DNA of 64,000 nucleotides. It comes from Octopus vulgaris. Lineage: Eukaryota. How positions within the stretch are numbered: the stretch's first letter is position 1; every line of letters begins with the position of its first letter. The notes beneath the pieces were generated by a model. The model did not search any database and was not told the DNA's origin. It saw only the letters and a program-made list of their open reading frames with translations. This document shows, in pieces, positions 24,331 through 37,851 of the stretch. Both the position numbers and the translations under genes were made by a program. The stretch is from positions 63,612,001 to 63,676,000 of the forward strand of contig OX597818.1 in the NCBI GenBank assembly GCA_951406725.2. Direction: 5' to 3'.

Positions 24331-25510
24331 TATTTTTAATATTAGTATCACCATCAAAATTATTATCATTATAATTAGTAGTAGTAGTAGCTGTAGCAGC
24401 AGAGGGAGCTGCAGCCGTAGTAGTTGTAGTAGTAGTACTAGTAGCAGTATATACAGTAGTACTAGTCATATTTGTAGGTTGAATATAAAATTTAATTCTT
24501 TCTTGCTGTTATTGCTATTAATAATAAACAACCGATATACAAAAAAAAAAGCTCTGAGCATCTGCAAAGAGTTGGCTAGCTTAATGCTTTTTTATTGACT
24601 AGTTATATACACCATATTCTCTAACAAAGTGTTTTACGATAATAGAAACATGTAACAATAATCGTACAACCATGGAAATTTTAAAAATATGACCATCGTT
24701 AAAAGCGTATTTTAAAAACCAATTGTTTCTTACCGCAATTATCAATTTATTGGCACAGTCTTTGTCTGTGCTGTGTACGAGATGTGAGGAACACTTTATT
24801 ATGTTTACAACGAATATATCTTATTTCATTATAAAACTTAATCCATTTCTAATGTCATTTTTCATCACAACATTTCCATATAGTCGCCACTCTGGTTTCC
24901 AATTATTACCAATAGAATCGAAGTTGTTCCTATTTGTTGCAAATTTATCATGTACACAATTATTTCAATCAATCTACTGGATAATATAATATCATGCATA
25001 TACATTTCACTTATTTTTCTATTATTAATTGAAGGTTATGTTACGATGTATTTAAGCGCTGAATGCGTTATCTTGCTTTGCGTCAATGACTTACTCATTA
25101 ATTCGAAGTGAAGTGGCTCCAAGCAACGATTTTCTATAATAGCGAAATACCGTGAATAACAAAGATATGGTAGCGGATGAGGAATTATGAATTATGACGG
25201 AACCTATATCTTGATCTTACTTTTCTCACCGATAATTATTTTAGAAGTACAGTCTGATTGTATTATCTTTTTCAACGTGGCACTGGGTAGTGTAATGCCT
25301 ATTTATAAAACGAAATACAGTACCATTAACTTCTAATTCCGTATTCAGTGTATTGCCGGGTATTGTTTTCACCAATATAAGCTTCTAGGAATATTATCGT
25401 TAATCAGCTGAGACACAATACGTACATACATGAACGCATGCAGTCATACATTCATACTCACATACGTATACATATATACATACATGTATATACGTATGTA
25501 TGTATCAATG

Positions 25511-25545
<35 letters not shown>

Positions 25546-25668
25546 ATAAAAACGTATGTATTTTTATGCATAAATATACGTATGTATATCAATGCTTGTG
25601 TATTTCCATCTATGCATGAATATATTGATTCTGGGTTAGAATTAAACAGCGGAAAGAGCAATTTTATA

Positions 25669-26276
<608 letters not shown>

Positions 26277-26688
26277 TACGTCTTTCGGTGCATTTTATAC
26301 AGTTTCTATGTTCTATTTATCCTCAATATTTCCAGTACAGACCATAACTTTCGATAAATAATATATATTCTTCTTAAGCTTACATTCATGGAATATGACG
26401 TATAAATTCTTACTTTAAATATTAATATTTGTAAGTTAATACTAAATGTTATTATAAAATTTTATAATGTTACATTGAATATGAGTTACATTAATTATAA
26501 GTTACGTTAAATACATTCCCAATGCTGTTTATAAATACCGCAAGGGTCATGTTTACAGATGCCATACAGAAAAAATTTCAGTACTTGAAAAGGAATATGA
26601 TTTTATATTCTTATGTGGTTTCAAGCCACCATTAATTATTGCCGTTGTTATAAAGCTATTTGTAGTGTCACGCTAGAACAAAAGAGCA

Positions 26689-26748
<60 letters not shown>

Positions 26749-26858
26749 AATCAGTACAGATAAAGGGTGAAATATAATTGATTTAATAAAATCAACAAAT
26801 TTCACCAAGTAATATTTTCGTATGGAAAAGGACCATATTCGGTAAAATTATATCTAAT

Positions 26859-27058
26859 TATAACAATGAGGGTCTTTGCAACAAGTTGCTAGACCACATA
26901 CCGAAAGTATTAGAAATAGCAGCCAGAGGACTATTATTTCTTTGTTGTCGATGGGGACATATTTTTTCTAGTAAAAGAAATAATAGTCCTCTGGCTGCTA
27001 TTTCTAATACTTTCGGTATGTGGTCTAGCAACTTGTTGCAAAGACCCTCATTGTTATA
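26859..27058. repeat. perfect 85-bp inverted repeat with 30-bp spacer, between (TA)n tracts
   Basis: 26859-26943 is the exact reverse complement of 26974-27058. Confidence 0.95.
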
Positions 27059-27059
27059 G

Positions 27060-27090
<31 letters not shown>

Positions 27091-27092
<2 letters not shown>

Positions 27093-27859
27093 TAAACAGT
27101 AAAAATAATTACAGACATGGACAAGAACATGAAACGCCACAGAGAAGACACAAGAACCACAGGACGGGACATTCGAAGCCCTCAATCATCAGTCAAGAAC
27201 CAGATCATCTTAGCAATTTCGGCTGATTAATCTTGAGATTGCTCCGATATGGGCAGCCCGCCAAGGGAAATCTAAGCCAAGCGCATTAGATCCCCTGGAA
27301 GAAAGCTTCGAATGTATACAACACGAGGACGGAAAACGAACGAAGTACACGAACAAAAATACAGAATACGTGACACCAATAAGAATACAAAAACGTAAAA
27401 ACAATAACGGTAAAAATAAAAAATAAACAACAAAACAAAACCAGGACGTAGGACAAGGGTCTTTCGACAGGACGAATTGAGTATGGGGCTGGCTTATGAA
27501 GTTGTGCCTAATGGCCGCAGGGAGACGAACAAATACGTGTTGCTTCGGCGGCTGCTGGAACGAAAAGAGCGCTCAACAGCGGCTAGCGGTCACGTGAGAA
27601 CAAAAGACAGGAGAAAGGGACAGATGAAAAGAGAGAGAAGGTGGACGAGGGAGGAGAAGAAAGAGACAGATCGAGGGGGCTGGAGGTGAGAGAGATAGAG
27701 AAACGTAGAAGGGGGGGAAGACGTTTGGAGAGGGAAAGAAAGGAAGGGGAATAAGGGAGGAGAGAGAGAGAGAGAAAGAGACAGATTAAGAGTCGTATCA
27801 ATGCTTGAGAAAAAATATACTTATCGTATAAGGACAATTGTGGATACGTAGCCGCCGAT

Positions 27860-27862
<3 letters not shown>
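27091..27862 (-). mobile_element. ~770-bp non-coding element, diverged relative of 7256-8120, in (TA)n
   Basis: Minus strand starts TCGGCGGCTACGT (cf. TGCGGCGTTACGT at 7403), has a pyrimidine-rich body and shares the block TCTAATGC...GGCTG...CAGCCGAAA...TGACTGAnGATTGARGGCTTCGAATG. Confidence 0.75.
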
Positions 27863-27896
<34 letters not shown>

Positions 27897-27900
27897 TAAT

Positions 27901-28100
27901 GTTAATCCAAACAAGAAAACACAGAAAAAAAGAAAAAAAAAGGAGAAAAAAAACACAGCAACGCAGGACGTGGAACAATTAAAGTATTATTGACGCTCAG
28001 GAAAGAAGGGAAGGATAGTCTAACGTTTCGAGCGGAGCTCGTCGTCGGAAACAAGGAGAAGGAAAGATCCCAAAGAGGGAAGACAGAGGAGAAAATATTT
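27901..28100 (-). mobile_element. PLE-type terminal fragment family H2 with minimal hammerhead at 28018-28052
   Basis: Minus: GUUU-CCGACGA-C-GAGC-UCC-GCUC-GAAA-CG-UU-AGAC; homologous to 8174-8380. Confidence 0.75.
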
Positions 28101-28132
28101 GAGCTGGTGGTGCTTAAGATATAAAAATATAC

Positions 28133-28163
<31 letters not shown>

Positions 28164-29985
28164 CATATATAGCGTGTAGAAATCGAAAATATACGATTGG
28201 CGTTGTTTTCCATTGGTCAAATGAGTTCCATGCCGTGTTTAAATTTCAGAAACAAGAAACTGATATTTAGCGTAATTTTTCTTTTCAAAATGATTATGTA
28301 TATAAGTGTTAATGTATATTTGAAAATTAAACTGCAACATAAATTTGCTTATTTTTGAAAATCAAATACAGTGCATTAAACTGAAGTTACACTAGTAAAT
28401 AAACATTCACAGATTAATAATATTTTTGAGCATCGAATTTTCTACATCAACAATGAGAAAGATGTATTTATTACAAGAGGGACAATCAAGGGTGATTATT
28501 GGTTTCATTTTGGTGCTATTTTAATTGCATAATTGACGTTGACACTTATGCGTAGATAAGAAGCACCAAATTCATCAGATTTTCGGGAACACAAGAGATG
28601 AAATGAATAACCTCTGTTTCGAGACCGACTAAGCGTTTTGAACAAATTTATATAATTGGAAACTGCCTAACGTATATCGTATATATATTGTAATTAGTTG
28701 GAGTCTTGCTGGACATGTTTCACATGCGATATGTAACAGATTGACTATGAACTGCTCTACTGCATCTTAAACTAATTCAAAGTGTAGGTTGTTCATTTAA
28801 ACAAACAAATGGACTCCCATATCGAAACCGAGATGTAAGTCAATCATCAACGTATGTACAACCAAAATCAATGTGGCATATTATAGAAACGAGTACTAAC
28901 GAAAAGAGAGGCAAAGATGAGTAGTAACGGTTAGGTCGACTTTTGAATGAAAGAGAAACAAATATACAAAATACGCAGTTAAAATTATTTATGATGTAAG
29001 TATTATATTAGTTTTGCATTGCACAGGTACTGAGATAGCAGTCAAAACTGCAAATAAATCTTCACAGTCAACACCACACCATTGTTCAGTTAACAATCAA
29101 TTTAGAAGCATATATACATGTTATAGTATATAGCAGTACATAAACCACATGAAAATAACGTTGAAAGTATCAAAATGTAATGGGATGAATTTGAAAACAC
29201 TGTGTATGAATTATTACTGAGGTTATACCACAAACATCAATAGCAAGATCACAGATATTCCTGGTATAATTTATATCGAACACTTCATATTGTAAATAAA
29301 TTGCAGGCGCACAGAAACGTGTCGTGTCCAGAGAGACTTAGACAGACAGAAGCCGGATAGAATAGTGTAGAAGCACACAGAAGTAGTGAGTGATGAGTCT
29401 GTGCCTATGTACAAATATCTTTTACTCACGCACACTGCGCGTATGGGCATAAATGTATTTGCTTATATATTTGTAGATACATAACTATATAGAGACATGC
29501 TTGTATACGTCTGGGTGTGTGTGTTTCTGTGTGTGCCAAAGTGGATATGTGCATATACATATAGATATATCGATGTGTATGAAGTGTAAATTTTAATATC
29601 TACGCATAGTTGAAGAGTTTTATTTGAAATGAATTCAGTTTTATGTGAGAACAATAGAAATGCTTTTACTTTAATTACTATCGATCGATAGTTAAATCTG
29701 TCTGAACTAAATAAGAATGCGATATTTATTTCACAGGAAAATATATATTGCGACTAAACGCCATCCTCTACAACATGTAGATTGTCATTGTTTAATTATT
29801 GAAGAAGTAATATACATACCTGTGTGTGTGTGTGTGTGCATGTGTATGCGTGTCTGTGTGTGTACATCAACTTATAGATGTACCTGAAGAAGCACATTCA
29901 TTTGTATATGTATGGGTATATATATATATGTATGGACACATTCAAACATATACCACTAGACATGAAGGTTTTCACGTATGCATAC

Positions 29986-30040
<55 letters not shown>

Positions 30041-31083
30041 TATAATATTTATATATACATTTATACATATATATATGTATATATATATGTATGTATATAT
30101 ATATGTATATATATATATATATATATATACATACACACATATATATAGGTGTATAACTACATATACACATATAAATATGTACAGATATGAGCAGACATGT
30201 TCACACTCAAGAATACTCATATACAGACACAGACACAAACACACGTATACACTCACATACACACGGACACACACACACGCACTCATACACTGCAACACAC
30301 GAATAAATATATATATCAATGGAATCATAGACTTATTTTGAAAACTTAATTTTTGCTGAAATGGAAATTTTCTAAATGCGATGCGAAGGAACTGACAGCT
30401 TTATGAAGAGAATTATGCGTTTAAATGTATATAATTATATCGACCTGGAAATAATATTCTAAATATGGAAATATGAATGAAAATCATTTAAGTGATTTAA
30501 CCACATATCAGAAAATATAAATGGTGTCAATATGCATATTTCTTCCATTTTATTCAATGTGCAATGCGATAATAATTTTATGTGTTAGTTTGGGAAAGGA
30601 AATATTTAATCTATGAAATATTACTTCTGTTGTAAATTCGTCACAAAACGTATCAAGAGATCCCTTAGAATATATTATAAAGCTTGCCATACAAGCACAA
30701 CTTATTATCCTCAATGAATATAATACCCACTTTTAACTTACTGCAACAATAGCAGTCGGTGAAGTGCCAGGAGCAAGTATTGTTTGAAATATCTAATATG
30801 AAGACTTCAGTGTACCATTTCCAAGTGTTATTATGACATTTTTGTAATTGAAATAACACAAAGTAGCTCAGCAACTGAAATATTGGTGGACATTCTGAGA
30901 TATGAACGCAATATACATAGACTATCTATATGAAAACACATGGGTATTTCTCTAATATCTATACACTTGTCAACCGCCACTTTTACTATGCATTTTCCAT
31001 GAATTAATGCATCTACTGCTTACTCTTGTCCCTAGAATATCTTAATATATTTAATTATTGAAGATTATAACAGTTTACCTCTA

Positions 31084-31260
31084 TATGTAAGAGACGAGGA
31101 ATTCTGTACTTTATTTACATTATTTACATTTGACGGATATTTGTCCTCATCTCTTTGTCGTTAACGCAACGTTTCGGCTGATATACTCTCTTGGGTTCAT
31201 CAGGTGTCTGGGTGCAAATTTCGAACCAGGGTTCTGATTTCTAAAGTATTTTTCGATGTA
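31084..31260 (-). mobile_element. H1-family tail with hammerhead at 31163-31208 (stem II decayed)
   Basis: Minus: GACAC-CUGAUGA-A-CCCAA...CAGCC-GAAA-CG-UU-GCGUU. Confidence 0.8.
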
Positions 31261-31282
31261 AATAATGTATTCTAAGAGTTGG

Positions 31283-31600
31283 TGCGTAGGTGGCTTGTTT
31301 AGTAGTTAGCGTATTGCATTCATAATCACATGGTAATGAGTTCGATTTACGGACCGCGCAGCGTGATATTTTGTTGGGCAAAAGACTTCATTTTATAATT
31401 GTTGGAGTTCCCTCAGCAGTAAATGTGACGGGTGACGGAATAGCCTTTTGATCTCAATGGATAGTTGTCTTGCTCTCCTAGCCAGAAGGCCGGCGTCCGC
31501 CGAAAGCTAAATCAATGCGAAGGGCATTGTGAACAGCGATGTATAACAAAATCTGATATTCTGGTCGATTTCGGGATATCACGGTATCGTGTAACCGTTT
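31283..31600 (+). mobile_element. decayed tRNA-headed SINE sharing its tail with 45553-45850
   Basis: B-box-like GAGTTCGATTT; tail aatgcgaagggcattgtgaacagcgatgtataacaaaatctgata. Confidence 0.65.
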
Positions 31601-32452
31601 ATAACAGTGGCCAGGGGATATGTCATATACGAATGTATGATGAAAAATTCACGGCTCGGGGTAAAAGAAAATACAAAAGGATCAGCTAATTATGATTTTA
31701 TCCAGCATATTTCCTTCTCTGAATCATGCACTTATTGCTGCGGTCATTCGGGTTTCTAATCCCTATAAAAGAACTCGGAAGTTTGGGCCTACAACCAGGC
31801 CTTTTGAGATACCCTTAACACCGGGTACTTTTCAGCACCGTCTCGTAGATCGTTGTCCCAGAAATGTAGAAGAGATGTTCTAGGTTGTAATTTTTACAGT
31901 TCCAAATTGATCTCCCTGGTAAAAAAACAGTAACTTTATTTCTTACAGGCTTAAACATTATCAAGAATCAAAACGGTTTCTTATCTATGTGTGGTTGGAG
32001 ATATTCACGGCTATCTAAATTTAACTCAGAAGGCTGGCATGTTAATTAGGTTGCATTTGACTGAAATGCTGATAAAGAAACGTACTAGTTAATTTCATGT
32101 TTAAGGAATATTCTGGGATGTATAATTAAATAATTATCATTACATGGCATGTTGCGACATGCTCAAGAATACATATGAAGATTTAAATAAGTAAGACGAC
32201 AGTTAATGTACAATAAGTTGCATTGACATAAGACTTTCGTATTTTCATTCCTCATAAAGAATTAAGCTGATGTTGCATTTAGCAAAACTAAAAATAGAAT
32301 GACATTGCCTTAAACATACAGAAAGATGTGTCTACCGTTATATGTATCAGGCTAAATTTTATGCAAGTTGAGAAGTTTGCGGCAAGTTAATCAAACATGT
32401 TGAAATGCGTATCTCTGCACTATTTAATTTCCCCTCTGTAAACATACATACG

Positions 32453-32498
<46 letters not shown>

Positions 32499-32612
32499 CA
32501 CATATATATATATATGCATATATATATATATATGCATATATATTATATACATATATATATATACATTTTTGCATATATATTAGGGTATAATACAGTTAAG
32601 TATGTATATCAT

Positions 32613-33472
32613 CACGTGGTCTGACCAATACTATACGGACGGTTGCCATAGTAATGAAGCGAAACACGCAGAGTTAAGCAGCTTGGCACAGATTTATCTG
32701 GAATGCTGCTGTGCATGGGCACTATGTTGTAACGTTGTTGCTCACTTCCGCAGCTTTCAGCAGTGTTTGGAAAGAGCGTGTGAAGTGTGTGATCGGCGCA
32801 TTGACCATGAGAGAGAAAGCTGAGCAGAAAATCTGCATCAAATTTTGCTTGGTGATATCTGCTCAGAGGCCTACGTAAAGTTATCAAAGATTTTTCATCT
32901 TTGTCGTCATAATCAAGAGTGATCTTGTGCACCTGAAAACCGAGTGTCTTCTCGGACAGCTGAAAGCAGTTGTGGCACAAACTTGGCTCATGCCCAAATC
33001 TTCAGAGATAATGGAATGAACTGAATTATAACTAATCCACAATCCTCTGACATCTCACAGAATTCCACGATTTACCCTCGCAGCTGCACGTACATGTGCA
33101 CTATTTTTTTTCAGTTTTACTGGTTGTGGGTCTCCCGGAACCTTCGTCATTATCAACATTCTTTCGGCCATACTGGAAACATCTGAACCAGTCCTACACT
33201 AGTGTGCAGCTCATACACTATTCTACGTGCATTTTCTACAACTTTGTGTAAACCTCTAAGCAGGTAATACCATGACAAATTTCTCTGTGATGGTCAATGC
33301 AAAGGTCACACGCTACACACGTTCCTTCCCAGCACTGCTGTAAACAGCGGAAGTAAGCTAGAACACTAAAACTTAGTGCTTATGTACAGCAGAATACACG
33401 GTCAATCTGTGCTAAGTTGATTCACGCTTCGTTACTATGAGAACAGTCCAGATTTTTATTGATCAGACATTC
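32613..33472 (-). mobile_element. non-autonomous mariner derivative with ~270-bp inverted 5' ends
   Basis: Termini GTCTGACCAATA / TATTGATCAGAC. Minus frames WFRCFQYGRKNVDNDEGSGRPTTSKTEKN, SVHSIISEDLGM and AKFVPQLLS. The plus-strand arm restarts MREKAEQKICIKFC at about 32808. Confidence 0.88.
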
Positions 33473-33583
33473 ACACACACTCGCATATATCTGTGTATCT
33501 GCGTGCAAAATATGTGTATGAATATATGTACACACACGTATATACAAATCTATGCATATACATATATATATATATATCAATAA

Positions 33584-33687
33584 ATGGTGTTTTTTTATTT
33601 TTTATTTTTTATTTTCCATATACCCCTTTTTATTAAAATTTACTTTCAATTTAGCATTCTGCCTTATTATAATTTTTCCTCTCCTAA
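33584..33687. repeat. ~105-bp (TA)n-associated repeat, near-identical to 36038-36142
   Basis: ttttccatatacccctttttattaaaatttactttcaat.tagcattctgccttattataatttttcctctcctaa occurs in both. Confidence 0.85.
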
Positions 33688-33720
33688 CTTATATATGTGT
33701 ATATTCGCATAAACACACAC

Positions 33721-33755
<35 letters not shown>

Positions 33756-34231
33756 TACGTATAAATTTACGCGTATGTATATATATATATATATATATGC
33801 ATGTATATACATAAATACATATACATATATATATATACATATATACATACAGACACGCATTCACACACATACACGCACACAAATGCACATAAATATATGT
33901 ATGTAGTCGACTGTTGTTATTGTAAGTCCTAACTCTCCTTAAAGTAAATACCACAAGGTATAATACCCCAACTACAGCGGGAAAAGCTAGCCACTGGATT
34001 TGGTAGAACATAGACGATGAGTGATGGCTAGAATATAGATCGATATTCGATAACCAGTTGATCAGGCAAGAGGGGGCTCATATCAGTGGGGTGTGGTAAT
34101 GATGCCGTCGTGGGGGTAGGCCCCAACATGGTGTGCATTCTCTCCTAATGAGACCATACATCTGCTGACGTCCGGTATACAGAGCTTTCGACTGGTTGCA
34201 CTTCCATGAGCAAGTTGTTGGCAAAATATGT

Positions 34232-34397
34232 CTGTGTTTGTCAAACCACGTCGATTGACAACCGATATTGGTGTGTCTACGTCCCCATAACCAGCGGTTC
34301 CGCAAAAGAGGCCGATAGAATAACTCTAGGATTACAAAGAATAAGTTATGGGGTCGATTTATTCGATTGTAGGCGGTGCTTCAGCATGGCCGCAGTA
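34232..34397 (+). mobile_element. SINE family A 3' fragment
   Basis: ttgacaaccgatattggtgtgtctacgtcccc...aggcggtgcttcagcatggccgcag. Confidence 0.8.
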
Positions 34398-34508
34398 AAA
34401 AAAAAACAATATATATATATATATACACACACACACATATATATATATATAGAGAGAGAGACACACACACACACATATATACATATATATATATATATGT
34501 ATATATAT

Positions 34509-34549
<41 letters not shown>

Positions 34550-34550
34550 A

Positions 34551-34600
<50 letters not shown>

Positions 34601-34601
34601 G

Positions 34602-34662
<61 letters not shown>

Positions 34663-35358
34663 GTGTGTGTGTGTGGTGTTTCTACGTGTGTGTAGATATC
34701 ATTGATCAGACAAATTCATCTTAAACAGTTTGTGGTTATTTATTACGCAGAAATACATTTATTTCTAAACAATTTTTCTTTCATTAAATGCGACATCACG
34801 TAATTTCATTTGCTGCAGATCGTTTTCCATTCGTTTTCGCTTACACGTTGCTATGATTCCCTACCTGCCCTTGATCAAAAGATTCAAGCGTGTTTTCGTT
34901 GCAATCTATTTGCCATGTTGTCGTTTGTCGAAACATATATACTCTACACCACTCCTGCTCTCCTTACAAACATGTTTGACGGATACGTATAATGATTCTT
35001 AATGATGTTAGCGTTAAAGATTTGCCTTTTTGAAACAACGTGATGTTTTGTTTACGGTCATGCTATATGACTGACATAAAGGCTGAATTATATTCAATTC
35101 ACTCCACGGCGACTTTGTCATGAGCAGAACACTGGGTAACTATTATTTCTAAAATAAAGAAGAGCCACATTAGGAACTGACAGTTAACCAACACGACAAC
35201 TACACTTTCCACAGCTAATTCAAGTATTTTCATGAATTCCATTGCCATTTGGTTCCACGTCTAATTACGCTGCGTGACACCTTGCGTAAGTATTTTCTAT
35301 TATAGCCTCGGGCCGACCAAAAGGCATGTGAGTGGATTTGGCAGACGGAGTGTATATA

Positions 35359-35422
<64 letters not shown>

Positions 35423-35425
35423 GCC

Positions 35426-35476
35426 AGCTTCCTGAAGATTTCATCTGAATGAAACAGTTCTAGTCCTGTAGAAGCT
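35426..35476 (+). ncRNA. type I hammerhead ribozyme (family H4, copy 1)
   Basis: Stem I AGCUUC/GAAGCU; CUGAAGA 35432-35438; short stem II UUC/GAA with a U.U base; GAAA 35451-35454; stem III ACAG/CUGU; GUA site, cleavage after 35470. Confidence 0.88.
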
Positions 35477-35586
35477 CCTATAAAATAAATGACTTTACTC
35501 TGCAATGTATTGAGTACCTTATTTACTGTGGTTAACCCCGACTCAACCCGGGACCTACATATATTTATATATATAAGATTGGCGTC

Positions 35587-35656
35587 CCTGCTGATGAGAG
35601 CTCCGCATAACAAATTATTTTACTTGCTAATATAGAGTTAGAAACCATGGTCCATG
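35587..35656 (+). ncRNA. type I hammerhead ribozyme (family H5)
   Basis: CUGAUGA 35591-35597; 43-nt stem II with AGCUC/GAGUU base; GAAA 35641-35644; palindromic ACCAUGGU; GUC site, cleavage after 35652. Stem I CCUG/CAUG has one mismatch. Confidence 0.72.
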
Positions 35657-35871
35657 AAATAGATGGTAAATGTTTTTATATTTCATTCCCTTCGAAATTT
35701 ATCCATAATAGTGTTTTGGATTTGGCTACTCCTTCTAGCGTGGTCGGTCACCTCTTATGTGCTTAAATGTACATTGTATTTATATGAAGGATATATAGTC
35801 TATTGACTAATTTTCTACATGATAGGACACTAGTAGTAAAAAAATCCCCAAATGTTTTCTTACCCTGATAT

Positions 35872-35908
<37 letters not shown>

Positions 35909-35909
35909 T

Positions 35910-35958
35910 GCTTCCTGATGATTTCTTTTGAATGAAACAGTTCTAGTCCTGTAGAAGC
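35910..35958 (+). ncRNA. type I hammerhead ribozyme (family H4, copy 2), isolated between (TA)n tracts
   Basis: Stem I GCUUC/GAAGC; CUGAUGA 35915-35921; GAAA 35934-35937; ACAG/CUGU; GUA site, cleavage after 35953. Confidence 0.88.
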
Positions 35959-35970
35959 TCCTTCTATATA

Positions 35971-36033
<63 letters not shown>

Positions 36034-36168
36034 TACATGGTGTTTTTTTCATTTTTTATTTTTTTATTTTCCATATACCCCTTTTTATTAAAATTTACTT
36101 TCAATATAGCATTCTGCCTTATTATAATTTTTCCTCTCCTAAATTATATATATATATACATATATATT

Positions 36169-36216
<48 letters not shown>

Positions 36217-36704
36217 TGTTGTTATTTGTGTACCCATCATCACTTGAGAACAGATTTGTGTGTGTTTACCTCCCCGTAGACCTATAGAACAAGCAACAGG
36301 CTTGTCCATTTCTCCCACGAAGAGGTGGTGCTCCAGCATGGCCACAGTGAAATGAATGAAAGAAGTAAAAGAATAGTAGAATAAAAGAATTCTTTCTCAA
36401 ATTTATCCCCCTAAAAGCAGTGTTACGAGTACGTGTATTAGATTTTGGCCGGTGGTTGTCTACAATGCAAATGGTGATTATGGTTCTTGTCATTATACAT
36501 GTTACTTCACTTTTCCTCATTTTATGCCAGGCTAATGATACGACCTTTCGTCTACAACTCTTTAGAATATTCCAAACTTGGTGCCAAACGATGTAAATGC
36601 TTCTTTGTGCTGTGAAAGCATATGTAGAATGATTAACAGCTAGGGTTCCCTAGAGAGGCATTCCTCAGAGAAATAGTGATCGGGTGTATTTCTGAAAAGT
36701 TGCA

Positions 36705-36771
36705 TCTTCTTCTTCTTCTTCTTCTTCTTCTTCTTCTTCTTCTTCTTCTTCTTCTTCTTCTTCTTCTTCTT

Positions 36772-36802
<31 letters not shown>

Positions 36803-36951
36803 TTCTTCTTCTTCTTCTTCTTCTTCTTCTTCTTCTTCTTCTTCTTCTTCTTCTTCTTCTTCTTCTTCTTCTTTACCTTCAAATAATAATGATATAACAA
36901 TAGTGGAAACGCTCGAAGTTTGCATTGAAATATTAATAAATCCTTTCCATG

Positions 36952-37032
<81 letters not shown>

Positions 37033-37047
37033 CATTATTATTATCAT
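36705..37047. repeat. (CTT)n and (ATT)n microsatellites
   Basis: Direct reading. Confidence 0.97.
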
Positions 37048-37199
37048 ATTTATCCTACATTATATCTGCGCGGCTCTGAGCAATCCCCGCAAAACCATTA
37101 TTTCCAATCGGGAACATGAGGCTGTAGCCGGCATAATAATATAAGACGGTTTACATTCATATTCAAGAACGTTTGTATATATATATATATATTTATATA

Positions 37200-37757
37200 T
37201 ATGGTGGCTGCCCCCTCGTTATAGAGTATGGCCATTTCACGAAGCTCAATCAATGTTGTTATCGTGAAATGCCCGTGCAAGAAAATTTTTTTTGAAAGTG
37301 AGGAAATGCTGTGCACTGAGTCAATCCCACTCACTAAGCAACAGCACCCATAATCCGAAAAGAAGAACAAGTCAACATCATCGGTAACCACTGACCCGCA
37401 GGTTTTTATGTCGGAGTTATCCCAGCTACCTGAGTTACCTTTTCCTAGAAGGATACCCTAACAAAAGCTAGGAGTCCTTCACTCCCAAAGGTTTAACCGC
37501 GCGATCGGGTATTCAGTCCGGTTATTTGGATGTCACCGCGCATGATACATCCTTAAGACATTTATTTGATGGCCGTTGACTCTCAAGAGTTGCTCCGCCC
37601 TTTGACGGGTTTTGTTTTTCCTCCCGCAGGGTGTCCAATAAACACCCTCCTCACCAAGCAAGCTTGGTGGGGTTGCCGGATTAGTCGCCGATGACCCGAC
37701 CATGCAACAGGTTGTACTCGGTTACATGTTACCAGTAGCACTCGAAAGTGACCTGAC
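37200..37757 (-). mobile_element. GC-richer non-coding interspersed repeat between (TA)n tracts, possibly RTE-derived
   Basis: Sharp composition boundaries and several hairpins (CACCAAGC/GCTTGGTG, GGGTGTCCAATAAACACCC). Family assignment is tentative. Confidence 0.45.
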
Positions 37758-37763
37758 ATATAT

Positions 37764-37851
<88 letters not shown>

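Noticed and set aside
28706-28742. Minus-strand ACAU/AUGU-GAAA-CAUG-UC resembling a hammerhead 3' half
   Set aside because: The CUGAnGA box is absent and there is no (TA)n or repeat context; could be chance.
37670-37757. HDV-like ribozyme at the end of the 37.2-37.8k repeat
   Set aside because: I could not build P1 or P2 pairings.
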